From contig JBKBHS010000003.1 of NCBI GenBank assembly GCA_046299555.1, forward strand, positions 268,481 through 332,480: a DNA stretch of 64,000 nt. Direction: 5' to 3'. The DNA is from Bacteroidia bacterium. GTDB lineage: Bacteria > Bacteroidota > Bacteroidia > JACCXN01. Below the pieces are notes generated by a model. That model had not been told where the DNA came from and did not search any database. It saw only the letters and a program-made list of their open reading frames with translations. Shown piece after piece: positions 1-9,426 of this stretch; the stretch's first letter is position 1, and each line of letters opens with the position of its first letter. Both the position numbers and the translations under genes were made by a program.

Positions 1-218
1 ATGTCGGCTCCGGCTTGTAAATATTGCAGATGAATTTTTTTTATTATTTCGGGCTGTGTTAAAACCAATAAATCATTGTTGCCTTTTACATCGCACTGCC
101 AATTTTTAAATCGCTCTCCTCTATAATCTTCTTCTTTTAATTTATAACGCTGAATCATGGTACCCATAGCACCATCAATTACCAATATTTTATTTTGTAA
201 AACTTTTTTAATATCCAT
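1..218 (-). CDS. metH: Methionine synthase MetH, N-terminal part (gene continues beyond the window start)
   Basis: Minus-strand translation from the ATG at 218: [72 protein letters not shown]. This matches the E. coli MetH N-terminus motif-for-motif (ILVLDGGMGTMIQ ... [22 protein letters not shown] ... AGADIIETNTF). Confidence 0.9.
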   Translation of the reverse strand, partial: MDIKKVLQNKILVIDGAMGTMIQRYKLKEEDYRGERFKNWQCDVKGNNDLLVLTQPEIIKKIHLQYLQAGAD

Positions 219-220
219 AT

Positions 221-440
221 CAACAAAAAATCCCAACCTAATCGGATGGGACTTATTAAATAATGTTATAACATCAAAATCTTTTCCGACTTATCTTCTC
301 CCAAAATGAGGGAACAGGATTTGGCACTGGTGAAATTACTAAAGTGTTTTATATACACCTCTTTTTTCTCTCTCAATAGGGGAAGTTTTCACTTTGCCGG
401 AGTTTCACAGAGCCTGTCTCTCCACTCCTCTTGATAAGTT
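221..440 (-). promoter_or_regulatory. SAM-I (S-box) riboswitch with an intrinsic-terminator expression platform, directly upstream of metH
   Basis: Minus-strand RNA from 439 down to 290: ACUUAUCAAGAGGAGUGGAGAGACAGGCUCUGUGAAACUCCGGCAAAGUGAAA...UUUCACCAGUGCCAAAUCCUGUUCCCUCAUUUUGGGAGAAGAUAAGU. P1 is CUUAUC/GAUAAG. P2 is GGAGU/ACUCC with a GGAGAGA k-turn-like bulge. P3 is an extended GGCA..GUGAAA/UUUCAC..UGCC stem. J3/4 carries the conserved GUGCCAAAUCC, and P4 is UCCC/GGGA. Downstream, a hairpin CCCAUCC-GAUUA-GGUUGGG followed by AUUUUUUGUU (plus-strand 221-251) sits about 10 nt before the metH ATG. Confidence 0.75.
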
Positions 441-453
441 ATTTTAAAGAACT

Positions 454-684
454 CTACTTACTAAATTTTGCAGCAATCTTTTTTCTAAAAAAGATAATTG
501 CAATAGTTGCCAATAAAATATATGGCATTACCATTATATATAATATGGCATTATTTACCCCTTTGCCAACATTACTTGCATCTGTTTCAATGGTGGCTTT
601 ACACATAGCACATTGCGCAATTGCTGTATCAGCAATCATTAATAGTCCTATTATAAGAAGTATTATTAAATTTCTTTTTTTCAT
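454..684 (-). CDS. Small predicted membrane protein (76 aa): signal/TM segment, CAMC motif, C-terminal TM and basic tail. Function unknown.
   Basis: ORF start abuts DUF420 gene end (684/686). It has an N-terminal hydrophobic segment, a CxxC motif (QCAMCK), a second hydrophobic segment and an FFRKKIAAKFSK tail. It sits in the cytochrome oxidase accessory cluster. Confidence 0.4.
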   Translation of the reverse strand: MKKRNLIILLIIGLLMIADTAIAQCAMCKATIETDASNVGKGVNNAILYIMVMPYILLATIAIIFFRKKIAAKFSK

Positions 685-685
685 T

Positions 686-1210
686 TTAATAATATGGTGC
701 TATCATAAAATAAACGATTACACCGGTAATTGTAACATATAACCACAAAGGTAATGTTATTCTGGCAATTTTGCGATGTTTATCAAACTTCTCGCTAAGC
801 GCGCGAACAAATGATATTAATACCAATGGAACAATTACTGCTGCTAAAATAATATGACTAATTAATACAAAGTAGTATATTAATTTTAATGTGCCTTCAC
901 CTCCATAAATTGTTGGTTCTGATGTAGCATGATAAACAATGTATGATAGTAGGAAAACTATTGATAGTCCTATTGCACTTATCATTAATTTACGATGCAA
1001 CTCAATATTTTTGTTTTTTATGGCAATAAATGCGGCAATAAGCAATATTGATGTAGTTCCGTTTAAAAAAGCATTTAAAGCTGGTAAGAATGTAAGTTTA
1101 GAACCAATGTCTAACTTCGGAGCAAAAAATAGAATAGCAACAGCAACAGGGATAATAATTGAAACAGCTATAATAAGGGGAGTAAGATTTTTTTTCTGAA
1201 GGCCTGTCAT
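686..1210 (-). CDS. DUF420 / CtaM-like membrane protein of cytochrome oxidase clusters
   Basis: 174 aa, 4-5 TM segments. Overlaps the start of SCO1 by 4 bp, and this position in cox clusters is typical of the DUF420 (CtaM) family. Confidence 0.6.
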   Translation of the reverse strand: MTGLQKKNLTPLIIAVSIIIPVAVAILFFAPKLDIGSKLTFLPALNAFLNGTTSILLIAAFIAIKNKNIELHRKLMISAIGLSIVFLLSYIVYHATSEPTIYGGEGTLKLIYYFVLISHIILAAVIVPLVLISFVRALSEKFDKHRKIARITLPLWLYVTITGVIVYFMIAPYY

Positions 1211-1929
1211 TTTTTCTTTTCTTTTCTTGGTTTCATGTAGTCTGCTATTAATAGCTTTATATCATCTATCAGATTCTTTTTTATTTCAGATATACTGGTT
1301 CCATCATAAAATCCTCTTATTCTTCCTTCTTTATCAACCAGCACAACTTGCTCTGAATGTAAAAATCCTCCCGGTGCAAGCACATCTTCGCTGGCATTTA
1401 ACAGATAACCTTCAAGCGCCAGCTTATATAATTCCTCTTTATTACCAGTAACAAAAAACCAGCGCTGATTGTTCGCATGAACCATTTTTGCATAGTCGGC
1501 CAGTACCGGTACACTATCGTGCTCAGGGTTTACGGTATGAGAAATAATCATAACATCCGGAGTTTCTAAAAATCGATCTTGAACATATTTTAAATTAACC
1601 GCCATTTTAGGGCAAATGGTAGGGCAAGTGGCAAAGAAATAATTGGCAACATAAATTTTCCCTTCTAAATCTTTTTTGGTAATGGTATCACCATTTTGAT
1701 TAACAAATTTGAAATCAGGAATAGTATGATAAATGGTATCAATTACTTCTTTACCATCAACTATAGAAGTAATTACTTCCTTTTCGCCATAAATTGGAAG
1801 CGATATAAAATTATGCTTGCCGGTTGCGAGAAAAAAATAAAGTAAAGTAGGAAACAGCAGAATAGTAAGTAGGATTGCTAAATTACGTATTCTGCTGCTT
1901 TTAAAAGTACTATCAGAATTATTGCTCAT
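1207..1929 (-). CDS. SCO1/SenC family copper chaperone (thioredoxin fold)
   Basis: N-terminal TM anchor, CxxxC copper-binding motif (FATCPTICP), conserved His (HTVNPEHD) and a thioredoxin-like fold. Confidence 0.85.
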   Translation of the reverse strand: MSNNSDSTFKSSRIRNLAILLTILLFPTLLYFFLATGKHNFISLPIYGEKEVITSIVDGKEVIDTIYHTIPDFKFVNQNGDTITKKDLEGKIYVANYFFATCPTICPKMAVNLKYVQDRFLETPDVMIISHTVNPEHDSVPVLADYAKMVHANNQRWFFVTGNKEELYKLALEGYLLNASEDVLAPGGFLHSEQVVLVDKEGRIRGFYDGTSISEIKKNLIDDIKLLIADYMKPRKEKKK

Positions 1930-2297
1930 TACCAGTTAAAAATCTGGTCCATTTTGTGGCTGTAAACAGCTTCGGTTAAGCAAATAAAAATTAAGTATAG
2001 TGCAAATAAGATAAATGGGGCTAAAACTGTCCAACGGAAATTTTTCTTTTCGTCTCCTAAGTGCATGTACGACATTACAATGTAAAATGCTTTTACAATT
2101 GTAAGGGTAATAAAGGTAATTAGTAAAAATGATTTTGCTTCAGGAGTTCTGGAAAATTTAAACCCTAGACCAACTTCTACAATGGTTACTACCAATAAAA
2201 TCCAAAATACTTTCCAAATTACGGCACGTTTCTTTTTACCTTCTTCTTCGCCATGTATATGGTCTAGAGCCGGTTCGTAAATATCATCTCTTATCAT
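1929..2297 (-). CDS. Cytochrome c oxidase subunit IV family (bacterial caa3-type small subunit)
   Basis: 122 aa with His-rich N-terminus and three TM helices, between coxIII and SCO1. Confidence 0.5.
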   Translation of the reverse strand: MIRDDIYEPALDHIHGEEEGKKKRAVIWKVFWILLVVTIVEVGLGFKFSRTPEAKSFLLITFITLTIVKAFYIVMSYMHLGDEKKNFRWTVLAPFILFALYLIFICLTEAVYSHKMDQIFNW

Positions 2298-2331
2298 AAG
2301 TTTATATTTTAAAGATTAATATTTTTTACAA

Positions 2332-3204
2332 TTACAATAAATAGAAAAATGTGAATACAAACACCCAAACTAAGTCAACGAAGTGCCAGTAAAGACCGGT
2401 TTTCTCAACCATTTCGTAATGACCGCGTTTATGGTAAATTCCTAACATTACTCCAATCAAAATAACAATATTTATTACCACTCCACTAAATACGTGAAAA
2501 CCATGGAAACCAGTAATAAAGAAGAAGAAATCTCCAAACAATGGATGACCGTATTCATTTTCTTTTAGGTTAGCTCCTTGTATCCATCTGGATTCAGCAA
2601 TTAATTTTTTAGCTTCCTCACCTTTTATTAATCCGGGATTATCTTGCCAACCATCAAATAATTTTACATTGGCAGGTTTAACAGCTGCACCTTCCTCCCA
2701 CTCTTTTAACATTTGAGCATGACCATGTTCGTCAGCTTTAACAATATGAAAAACTTCTCCCATTGGAGTTACATAAGCTCCATGTTCAGTACCATGTATA
2801 AAATGATACCACTCATATGCTTGTGAGCCTAAAAATATAAACCCTCCAATTATGGTTAAAATCATCCACTTTATAACTCCGTTTTTATCCATGCGATGAC
2901 CTGCTTCAACAGCTAATACCATGGTTACGGAACTCATAATAAGTATAAAGGTCATTAAACCTACATAAGCTAACTCAATATGGCCATCCACAAAAGGGAA
3001 ATGCGTAAAAACATCACCAGCTACAGGCCAAATATCCTGATACTTGTGACGCATAAAACCGTAAGCTGTTAAAAAGCCGGTAAATGTTAAAGCATCTGAT
3101 AAGAGGAAAAACCACATCATCATTTTACCATAACTAATACCGTATGGTGAACGATAACCGCCTCCCCATGCTTTACCGGTTTCTACGTGTGTAGTTGCTG
3201 CCAT
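2332..3204 (-). CDS. Cytochrome c oxidase subunit III
   Basis: 290 aa with multiple TM helices. C-terminal HFVDLVWVFVFTFFYLL and the WHFVD motif are typical of subunit III. Confidence 0.85.
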   Translation of the reverse strand: MAATTHVETGKAWGGGYRSPYGISYGKMMMWFFLLSDALTFTGFLTAYGFMRHKYQDIWPVAGDVFTHFPFVDGHIELAYVGLMTFILIMSSVTMVLAVEAGHRMDKNGVIKWMILTIIGGFIFLGSQAYEWYHFIHGTEHGAYVTPMGEVFHIVKADEHGHAQMLKEWEEGAAVKPANVKLFDGWQDNPGLIKGEEAKKLIAESRWIQGANLKENEYGHPLFGDFFFFITGFHGFHVFSGVVINIVILIGVMLGIYHKRGHYEMVEKTGLYWHFVDLVWVFVFTFFYLL

Positions 3205-3246
3205 AAAATATTTGATTTATGTTTTTTTTAAATTATCGCTGCAATT

Positions 3247-3837
3247 TTAATGAATAAAAATTAAAAATAGTAATAAATACACCCATAAAATATCCAAAAA
3301 ATGCCAATAAATTCCAACAAGCTCAATTCCAAGATATTCACTTGAGTTATATTTATCTTTATGCGCTTTGTAGATAACTATTAGTAAATTAATAATACCT
3401 CCTAATAAATGTAACACATGAACTCCTGTTAATACATAAAAAAACGAACCAGCGGGATTACTTTGACTTCCGGCAAAATAAATTCCCTGCTTTACCAATT
3501 CGCCCCATCCTAAATATTGCATTAATGAAAATAAAACTCCTAAAAATAAGGTTGTCCATAACCAAATTTTAATCCCTTGCAGATTATTGCCTTTAGCAGC
3601 ATTTAAAGCCAAAATCATGGTAATGCTGCTAATAATAATAACTGCCGTACTATAGTAAAAAATAGACGGTATTTGAAATTGAAGCCAGTTCCCTTCGGCT
3701 TTTCTTAAAATTATGGCACTTGTTAAAGCTGCAAACAACATTACAATACTTGCAATACCAACCCATAGTAACATTTTTTTAGTTCTTACTTTTATTTCTT
3801 TCAGCTCTTCGGGAGTGTATTCTGTAATTGTTTCCAT
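3247..3837 (-). CDS. Cytochrome c oxidase subunit III family protein (second, shorter paralog)
   Basis: 196 aa. C-terminal GIYWHFLDILWVYLLLFLIFIH matches the subunit III signature. Confidence 0.75.
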   Translation of the reverse strand: METITEYTPEELKEIKVRTKKMLLWVGIASIVMLFAALTSAIILRKAEGNWLQFQIPSIFYYSTAVIIISSITMILALNAAKGNNLQGIKIWLWTTLFLGVLFSLMQYLGWGELVKQGIYFAGSQSNPAGSFFYVLTGVHVLHLLGGIINLLIVIYKAHKDKYNSSEYLGIELVGIYWHFLDILWVYLLLFLIFIH

Positions 3838-3840
3838 ATC

Positions 3841-4737
3841 TTAAGTTTTATCTAACAACAAGGCTATTTGTACTATTGGCAAATATAAAAACGATGCAAA
3901 CATAAGTCGCGATGCATCTTTAACATCGCAAGTCTTTAAAAGTTTAAAGGATTGCCAGGTAAATAAAATTCCGCTGATTGTTATGATAATGGCCGAAACA
4001 ACTCCACTCATACCAAAAATATAAGGCATTACACCAATAGGAATTAATCCCATTGAATAAAATAAAATTTGATAGGCACTTGCCTTGCTTCTACCGCTTG
4101 CAGAAGGCAACAAGCGAAATCCTGCTTTTTTATAATCTTCATCCAATACCCAGGCTATAGCCCAAAAATGTGGGAATTGCCATATAAATTGAATGGCAAA
4201 AAGTAATCCCGGTTCTAAACCAAATTTACCGCTTTCGGCTACCCAACCCAACATGGGTGGAACTGCTCCCGGGAATGCCCCAACAAATACTGCCAGCGGA
4301 CTAACTTTTTTTAATGGTGTGTAAATAACCGTATAAACCACCAATGCACCAAAACCATAATAAGCGCAAAGTGGATTAATATATCTCCATAATATAAAAG
4401 TACCGATAACCGCCATAATTATGGCAACTACCCATGCTTCGTTAACCGTAATACGCCCTTGAGGCAAAGGGCGATTTTGAGTACGCGACATTAATTTATC
4501 GGTGTCTTTTTCTATAATTTGATTAATGGCATTGGAAGCTCCCGTTACAAAATAACCTCCAATCGCAAGTAATAATGCTTTAGTCCAGTTAATTTCAGAG
4601 GCAGCATACATGTAGCTGATAACGGCTGAAAAAACCACTAAAGAGGCTAATCGGGGTTTAGCTAGTTTATTGTAATCGGAAAGGCGGGAAGCAATATTCA
4701 CTTCTTTGGTTTGAGTATATGTTTTTACTGCTTGCAC
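3841..4737 (-). CDS. ctaB: Protoheme IX farnesyltransferase (heme O synthase)
   Basis: 298 aa UbiA-family prenyltransferase. It has NAINQIIEKDTDKLMSRTQNRPLP (D-rich motif) and a second motif WQFPHFWAIAW typical of CyoE/CtaB. Confidence 0.9.
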   Translation of the reverse strand: MQAVKTYTQTKEVNIASRLSDYNKLAKPRLASLVVFSAVISYMYAASEINWTKALLLAIGGYFVTGASNAINQIIEKDTDKLMSRTQNRPLPQGRITVNEAWVVAIIMAVIGTFILWRYINPLCAYYGFGALVVYTVIYTPLKKVSPLAVFVGAFPGAVPPMLGWVAESGKFGLEPGLLFAIQFIWQFPHFWAIAWVLDEDYKKAGFRLLPSASGRSKASAYQILFYSMGLIPIGVMPYIFGMSGVVSAIIITISGILFTWQSFKLLKTCDVKDASRLMFASFLYLPIVQIALLLDKT

Positions 4738-4837
4738 GTGTTATAAATGCAATGCAAAGGTCTGTTTTTTTTTCAATTGGCAAAAATAATTTAGCCTTTG
4801 ATATTTTAGTAAAAATGATCTGATATTAGATTTTTTT

Positions 4838-4869
4838 ATTCGTTTTATTCGTTTTATTCGTTTTAATTT
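4838..4869. repeat. Short tandem repeat, TTTTATTCG x about 3.5, in a divergent intergenic region
   Basis: Directly visible: ttttattcg ttttattcg ttttattcg tttta. Confidence 0.8.
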
Positions 4870-4889
4870 GTAAAAACATATTTTTTATT

Positions 4890-5825
4890 GTGATGAAAAA
4901 ATATTTTGTTATAATAATTCTCACTTTTATTTCATTAAAAACAATTGCTCAAGGTATCGAAGAAGATATAATCATTTTAACCAATGGCAGTTTGTATAGA
5001 GGAAAAATTATTGACAGTACTCAAATAGATAGAATAAAAATTGAGTGTTACGACAGAAACATTTATGTATTTAACCGAACTGAAATATCTGAAATTAAAA
5101 AAGGTCCGGCAGATTTGAAATATAGTATTTCTAAAATAAGATTAATAAAAGAAAATAATAAAGTTATATCTGCCTACTTTAAAAAAGGATTTAAGTTTAG
5201 CGTTGAGACACTTTATGGATATAATTTTTCGAAAACAAATTCTAATAATTTTAATTACGCTGCATTTCTAATAAGTTCAGGGTATAGAATTAACAATGGC
5301 ATGTATATTGGCATACAAAGTGGTATTAATTATTTGGGCTTATTTAAAAAATCAAACTCATATCAAGTTGAAGGAATACCGAATTTATATTTTTACTTGT
5401 ATGATTTTAATAGAAATTTATTCCCTGCTCGCATAAGCATTCCCATTCTTTTCAACGTTCAGCAAACACTATTATTGGATAAAATGAGCAGTGTTTTTTC
5501 GCTAAGCTTTGGTTACGATTATAATATTACTTCGAATCAAACAAAGATATATACTGACACAAGGTATTTGGCTACAACCGAAACAAAACAAATTTTTAAA
5601 TGGAGTAATTCTTTAATATTAAATCCTGAAATAAAAAACATTATTGCTATTTCTGATAAAATTAACTTTTTAGCATCTATAGGTTTTTTGCAAAACAATA
5701 TCGATTTTGACATTGAACATACTATAACAATCAATTACTATACTACTTCTAATTCTTCAAGTAATAACATTAGAGATACTTTTCGATATAGATTTTTGTA
5801 TTTAAAATTAGGAATAGGATTTTAA
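4890..5825 (+). CDS. Predicted outer-membrane beta-barrel protein with a conserved N-terminal about 45-aa domain (paralog A, 311 aa)
   Basis: Signal peptide (MMKKYFVIIILTFISLKTIAQG). N-terminal motif IIILTNGSLYRGKI...EISEIKK. Alternating hydrophobic beta-strand pattern and C-terminal ...YLKLGIGF (terminal Phe). Confidence 0.6.
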   Translation: MMKKYFVIIILTFISLKTIAQGIEEDIIILTNGSLYRGKIIDSTQIDRIKIECYDRNIYVFNRTEISEIKKGPADLKYSISKIRLIKENNKVISAYFKKGFKFSVETLYGYNFSKTNSNNFNYAAFLISSGYRINNGMYIGIQSGINYLGLFKKSNSYQVEGIPNLYFYLYDFNRNLFPARISIPILFNVQQTLLLDKMSSVFSLSFGYDYNITSNQTKIYTDTRYLATTETKQIFKWSNSLILNPEIKNIIAISDKINFLASIGFLQNNIDFDIEHTITINYYTTSNSSSNNIRDTFRYRFLYLKLGIGF

Positions 5826-5828
5826 GTT

Positions 5829-6764
5829 ATGAAGAATACTTTTTTCATTGTTTTAACATTATTTTATATAGTTTCCTACGCTCAAAAAGAAGATGTTTTA
5901 TATTTAAAAAACAATTCGATTTTAAAAGGGAAAATTAAAAGTTATAATGAAAATAACACCTTAACTTTTATTACCTACAGTGGTAATAACCTTATAATTT
6001 CAAAAAACGAAATTGACAGTATAAAAAAAGAAAAAGCAAAACACCTTGATATTTTTTATTCTGAAAAAGAACAACAAAACAAAAAGTTGAAATTTATTTC
6101 ATCATTTAATTTTGTTTCCGGCTTTCATGAAAATTTTAGAAATACAAAAACCATAAGCAATCAATTTTTAATTGATGCCGGTATTCGCATTCAAGATAGA
6201 ATTAAATTAGGTGTAGGCATAGGAGTAATTCAATACATGAATTTACCTCCAAACGAGTATAAATTAATAAATGGAGCTAGCGATTATACCGTAATGCCAG
6301 ATAAAAATAATTTTACTAATTCATCGGTATTATATCACTTGCCTGTTTATTCTAATTTATCTTTTATGCTTTTAAAAGCAAAGAATAATAATGAATTATA
6401 TGTTTCAGCAAAAGCAGGATATATTTATTATGCACCTGAAAAATTTTACGGCACAATAAGAATTGATAGAAGAAACAATGCAGAAGTTTACAATTTGAGT
6501 TTCACATCTGAATATAACAAACGTTATTTTGTCCATCCGGAATTAATGCTCTATATTCCTACATTTAACAATACATCAAAATATAAAATTGGATTAGGTT
6601 ATTACTTAGATTTACTCACCATAAATTACAACTTTAGAGAACGTACATTTATCAATACTAATTATATGCTTCCATCACAAGGATATTGGCAAACAAGAGA
6701 ATACACTCAAAAGGATAAGGCATCTTTAGGTTTTATAACATTAAATTTAGGGTTAAGTTTCTAA
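5829..6764 (+). CDS. Tandem paralog B of the preceding gene (also 311 aa), predicted outer-membrane beta-barrel
   Basis: Same length, signal peptide, related N-terminal motif (VLYLKNNSILKGKI...EIDSIKK), and C-terminal ...TLNLGLSF. Starts 4 bp after paralog A ends. Confidence 0.6.
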   Translation: MKNTFFIVLTLFYIVSYAQKEDVLYLKNNSILKGKIKSYNENNTLTFITYSGNNLIISKNEIDSIKKEKAKHLDIFYSEKEQQNKKLKFISSFNFVSGFHENFRNTKTISNQFLIDAGIRIQDRIKLGVGIGVIQYMNLPPNEYKLINGASDYTVMPDKNNFTNSSVLYHLPVYSNLSFMLLKAKNNNELYVSAKAGYIYYAPEKFYGTIRIDRRNNAEVYNLSFTSEYNKRYFVHPELMLYIPTFNNTSKYKIGLGYYLDLLTINYNFRERTFINTNYMLPSQGYWQTREYTQKDKASLGFITLNLGLSF

Positions 6765-6766
6765 GG

Positions 6767-8317
6767 TTAAAAATCATAATACTTATTACCAATAGTGGTG
6801 CGAATACCGCCCATTACAAAATGTATGTTTTGGTTGTTGTAAATATTTTTCAATTGTCGGTTTGAATATGCTGCAAATAAGGAAAGGCGCATGCTTGGTA
6901 CAATCAAATAATCTACTCTAAAATCTAAACAATTTAAATAAGTGGCAATTCCCTGCCCCATGTAATTACCATATTCAGCAGGGCGATCGCGGTAAGAGCG
7001 ATAAATATCTCTTCCAAAATAAATAGTAGCTTCATCATCGCCATAAAAAGTTTGAACAGATTTTAATTCAAATCCTAATCGTTTGTAATAATAGCGAAGT
7101 ATCATTACACTTTCTTCAAAGTTAGCACCTTGTGGATGAGCCAATGGTTGATTAAAGTGACCGTAATTTTGCAAAACGCTGCTATGCGTATAGGTAAAAG
7201 GTCGTACAAAATTATATTCCAATTGAAAGGATAAATTTTTAATGGTAAATAAATCTAACCATTTCATTCCTGCTTGTAATGCATACTTATTAGCCCACCA
7301 GCCATTTCGTGCACGAATTTCTTTTAATAAAAATTCATCTATTACTGCTTGTCCATAAAGTATTACGGAGTTAAACAAACGATAGCGCACATTTACTCCC
7401 ATCAATGCATTATCGCCCGACCCAATGGAATACTCAACCGGACGATAGAAAATTAATGGATTTAAATAATTTACATCGTAATAAAAAGCTGCTGTAGTAT
7501 CGCGTGTTTCAAAAACGATTGATTCGAAAAAACCAAAGTTTAATCGCTTAGATAAGTTCCAGCTTAAATAATGTATAGCCGCATATTTCTTTTTAAAATC
7601 TGCTCTATTGCCATTGCTGAATCGCACATCGTTTAACTGCATAAACAAGTTAGTATATTGCAGTTTCCAAACTTTGGTATTTATTTTAAAGTAAGGATTA
7701 TTGTTAGCATTATCAGATAGCATTAATGAACGATAACCATCGCCAATAAAATGTTTTCCATTGCCTAATTCAAACAAAAAGTATTTTGATGGTTGATAAG
7801 CTAAATAAGCAGCTGTGTTTTGATAGGTATATCTGCCATCTTTTAAAAAAGCATAGCCTTGTCCGGGAACAATATTTTTTTGTTGAATAAACGTATCTAA
7901 AAACTGAGGGAACAAACTGTTTCCATAATTATACTGAATGCCTCCCGCCAAGACATTATTATATTGAATGCTTGCATTTACACCGGCACTAAGTTCTTGC
8001 CAGTTTTCATTCCCTATTTGTGCGTTTAAAATTGGCGAAGCTGTAATACTTAATTGGTGCTTTGAGTTTTCATTTTTACTTCTTGATTTGGGGTTAAAAT
8101 AAAAACGATACAAGCTATCATATCCGTTAATTTGGTTCAATTGATTTTGATAATAAGGTTTTACATGAGGATGAAAATCTGTATCGGCATTATATAAAAC
8201 CTTATCAAATCGATGATAGTAGGTATTTTCTAAAAGTAATTGTGTAGGCTGTGAATAAATTTTATCTGAAACAATTAATATATTAATAGTAAGTATGAAT
8301 TGTTTCAGATACTTCAT
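6767..8317 (-). CDS. Large outer-membrane beta-barrel protein (516 aa), paralog of 9427-11157; possibly capsule-assembly Wzi-like family
   Basis: Signal peptide and C-terminal ...NKYYDF. Shares the block GDGYRSLMLSDNANNNPYFK with the paralog (GEGYRSLLLSDNAFNYPYVK). Overlaps the start of the WecA-like gene by 4 bp. Confidence 0.55.
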   Translation of the reverse strand: MKYLKQFILTINILIVSDKIYSQPTQLLLENTYYHRFDKVLYNADTDFHPHVKPYYQNQLNQINGYDSLYRFYFNPKSRSKNENSKHQLSITASPILNAQIGNENWQELSAGVNASIQYNNVLAGGIQYNYGNSLFPQFLDTFIQQKNIVPGQGYAFLKDGRYTYQNTAAYLAYQPSKYFLFELGNGKHFIGDGYRSLMLSDNANNNPYFKINTKVWKLQYTNLFMQLNDVRFSNGNRADFKKKYAAIHYLSWNLSKRLNFGFFESIVFETRDTTAAFYYDVNYLNPLIFYRPVEYSIGSGDNALMGVNVRYRLFNSVILYGQAVIDEFLLKEIRARNGWWANKYALQAGMKWLDLFTIKNLSFQLEYNFVRPFTYTHSSVLQNYGHFNQPLAHPQGANFEESVMILRYYYKRLGFELKSVQTFYGDDEATIYFGRDIYRSYRDRPAEYGNYMGQGIATYLNCLDFRVDYLIVPSMRLSLFAAYSNRQLKNIYNNQNIHFVMGGIRTTIGNKYYDF

Positions 8318-9378
8318 ACTAAATCTTTTTTAATAAGTTTATTCCCAATTAGAATAGGAATTTCAAGGAATATAAATGCGCATGGGAAGACAATAAAAAA
8401 TGTTGTTGTACCATCAAATTTTTCTAATAAAATGGTTAAAAGAGGCATTAAAATAGAATATAGATAAATGATTAATACGGTTTGTTTATCATTAAACCCG
8501 GCACGCTGAAAGCGATGATGATAGTGGTTCCTATCTGCAGTAAATGGAGATTGCCCTTTTAAAGTTCTGTATATAAAAACCCTTAAAGTATCTGTAAGAG
8601 GATAAGATAAAATAGCAAGCGCCAGAATAGGTTTCGAAATCAATTTATAATCTGAATGTATTAAAGGCAATGGAAACTCAACTAATCGAATGGCTAAAAT
8701 TGACATAAATAAACCGATTGTTAAAGAACCTGAATCGCCCATAAAAATTTTAGCGGGAGAGAAATTAAAAATTAAAAATCCCAACAATGCACCACACAAG
8801 GATAAAGCCAGAGCAGCCATTACAAAACTACCTTGCATATAAAACCACCATGCAAAAATAAATGATGCAATGGCTCCAACTCCACTTGCAAGTCCATCTA
8901 CTCCATCAATTAAATTAAATGAATTTACAATTACAATATATGCAAAAACTGAAAGTCCTATACTTGCCCATTCGGGAATTTCGCGTATACCAAACAAGCC
9001 ATGTAGAGAAGTAATACGCACATCGGCCATCAACACTAAAATTCCGGCTGCAATAAAGTGTGCCAATAGTTTTTTTACCGGTGCAGTTCCAATTATATCA
9101 TCTTTTACACCTACAAAAAATAAAAGCAATCCGGTTGCCACTAAGTATTGTAGCAAAGAAGCATTCTCTCCTGAATACCAAAGTGAAAATGAGAATAATG
9201 TTGCTGCAAAAATAATAATTCCGCCTATGGTAGGAATTCTTCTTTCATGCAACTTTCGTTCTTTATCAGGCTCATCAAAAAGGCGCTTCATCAATGCCAC
9301 TTTAATCAAAGCAGGCGTTGATAGCAGCACCACTAAAAATGATGTAATAAAAACTAATAAAATAATTATCTTTTCCAA
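8314..9378 (-). CDS. Glycosyltransferase family 4 (MraY/WecA-like) polyprenol-phosphate HexNAc-1-phosphate transferase
   Basis: 10-11 TM helices. Motifs KDDIIG, NSFNLIDGVDGLASG and IFMGDSGSLTIG match the MraY/WecA signatures. Confidence 0.85.
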   Translation of the reverse strand: MEKIIILLVFITSFLVVLLSTPALIKVALMKRLFDEPDKERKLHERRIPTIGGIIIFAATLFSFSLWYSGENASLLQYLVATGLLLFFVGVKDDIIGTAPVKKLLAHFIAAGILVLMADVRITSLHGLFGIREIPEWASIGLSVFAYIVIVNSFNLIDGVDGLASGVGAIASFIFAWWFYMQGSFVMAALALSLCGALLGFLIFNFSPAKIFMGDSGSLTIGLFMSILAIRLVEFPLPLIHSDYKLISKPILALAILSYPLTDTLRVFIYRTLKGQSPFTADRNHYHHRFQRAGFNDKQTVLIIYLYSILMPLLTILLEKFDGTTTFFIVFPCAFIFLEIPILIGNKLIKKDLV

Positions 9379-9426
9379 TCCTCAATTTTTAGCAAATATA
9401 ATTAAAAGCTTTATTCATATAATTCA

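Noticed and set aside
431-742. Plus-strand 103-aa ORF
   Set aside because: It overlaps the SAM-I riboswitch and the minus-strand small ORF and DUF420 gene. Its composition is low-complexity Ile/Phe-rich. It is an antisense shadow.
4838-4869. Possible CRISPR-like array
   Set aside because: It consists only of 9-bp TTTTATTCG iterations with no spacers. No CRISPR array or cas gene occurs anywhere in the window. The 41890-42250 array is likewise too degenerate and spacer-free.
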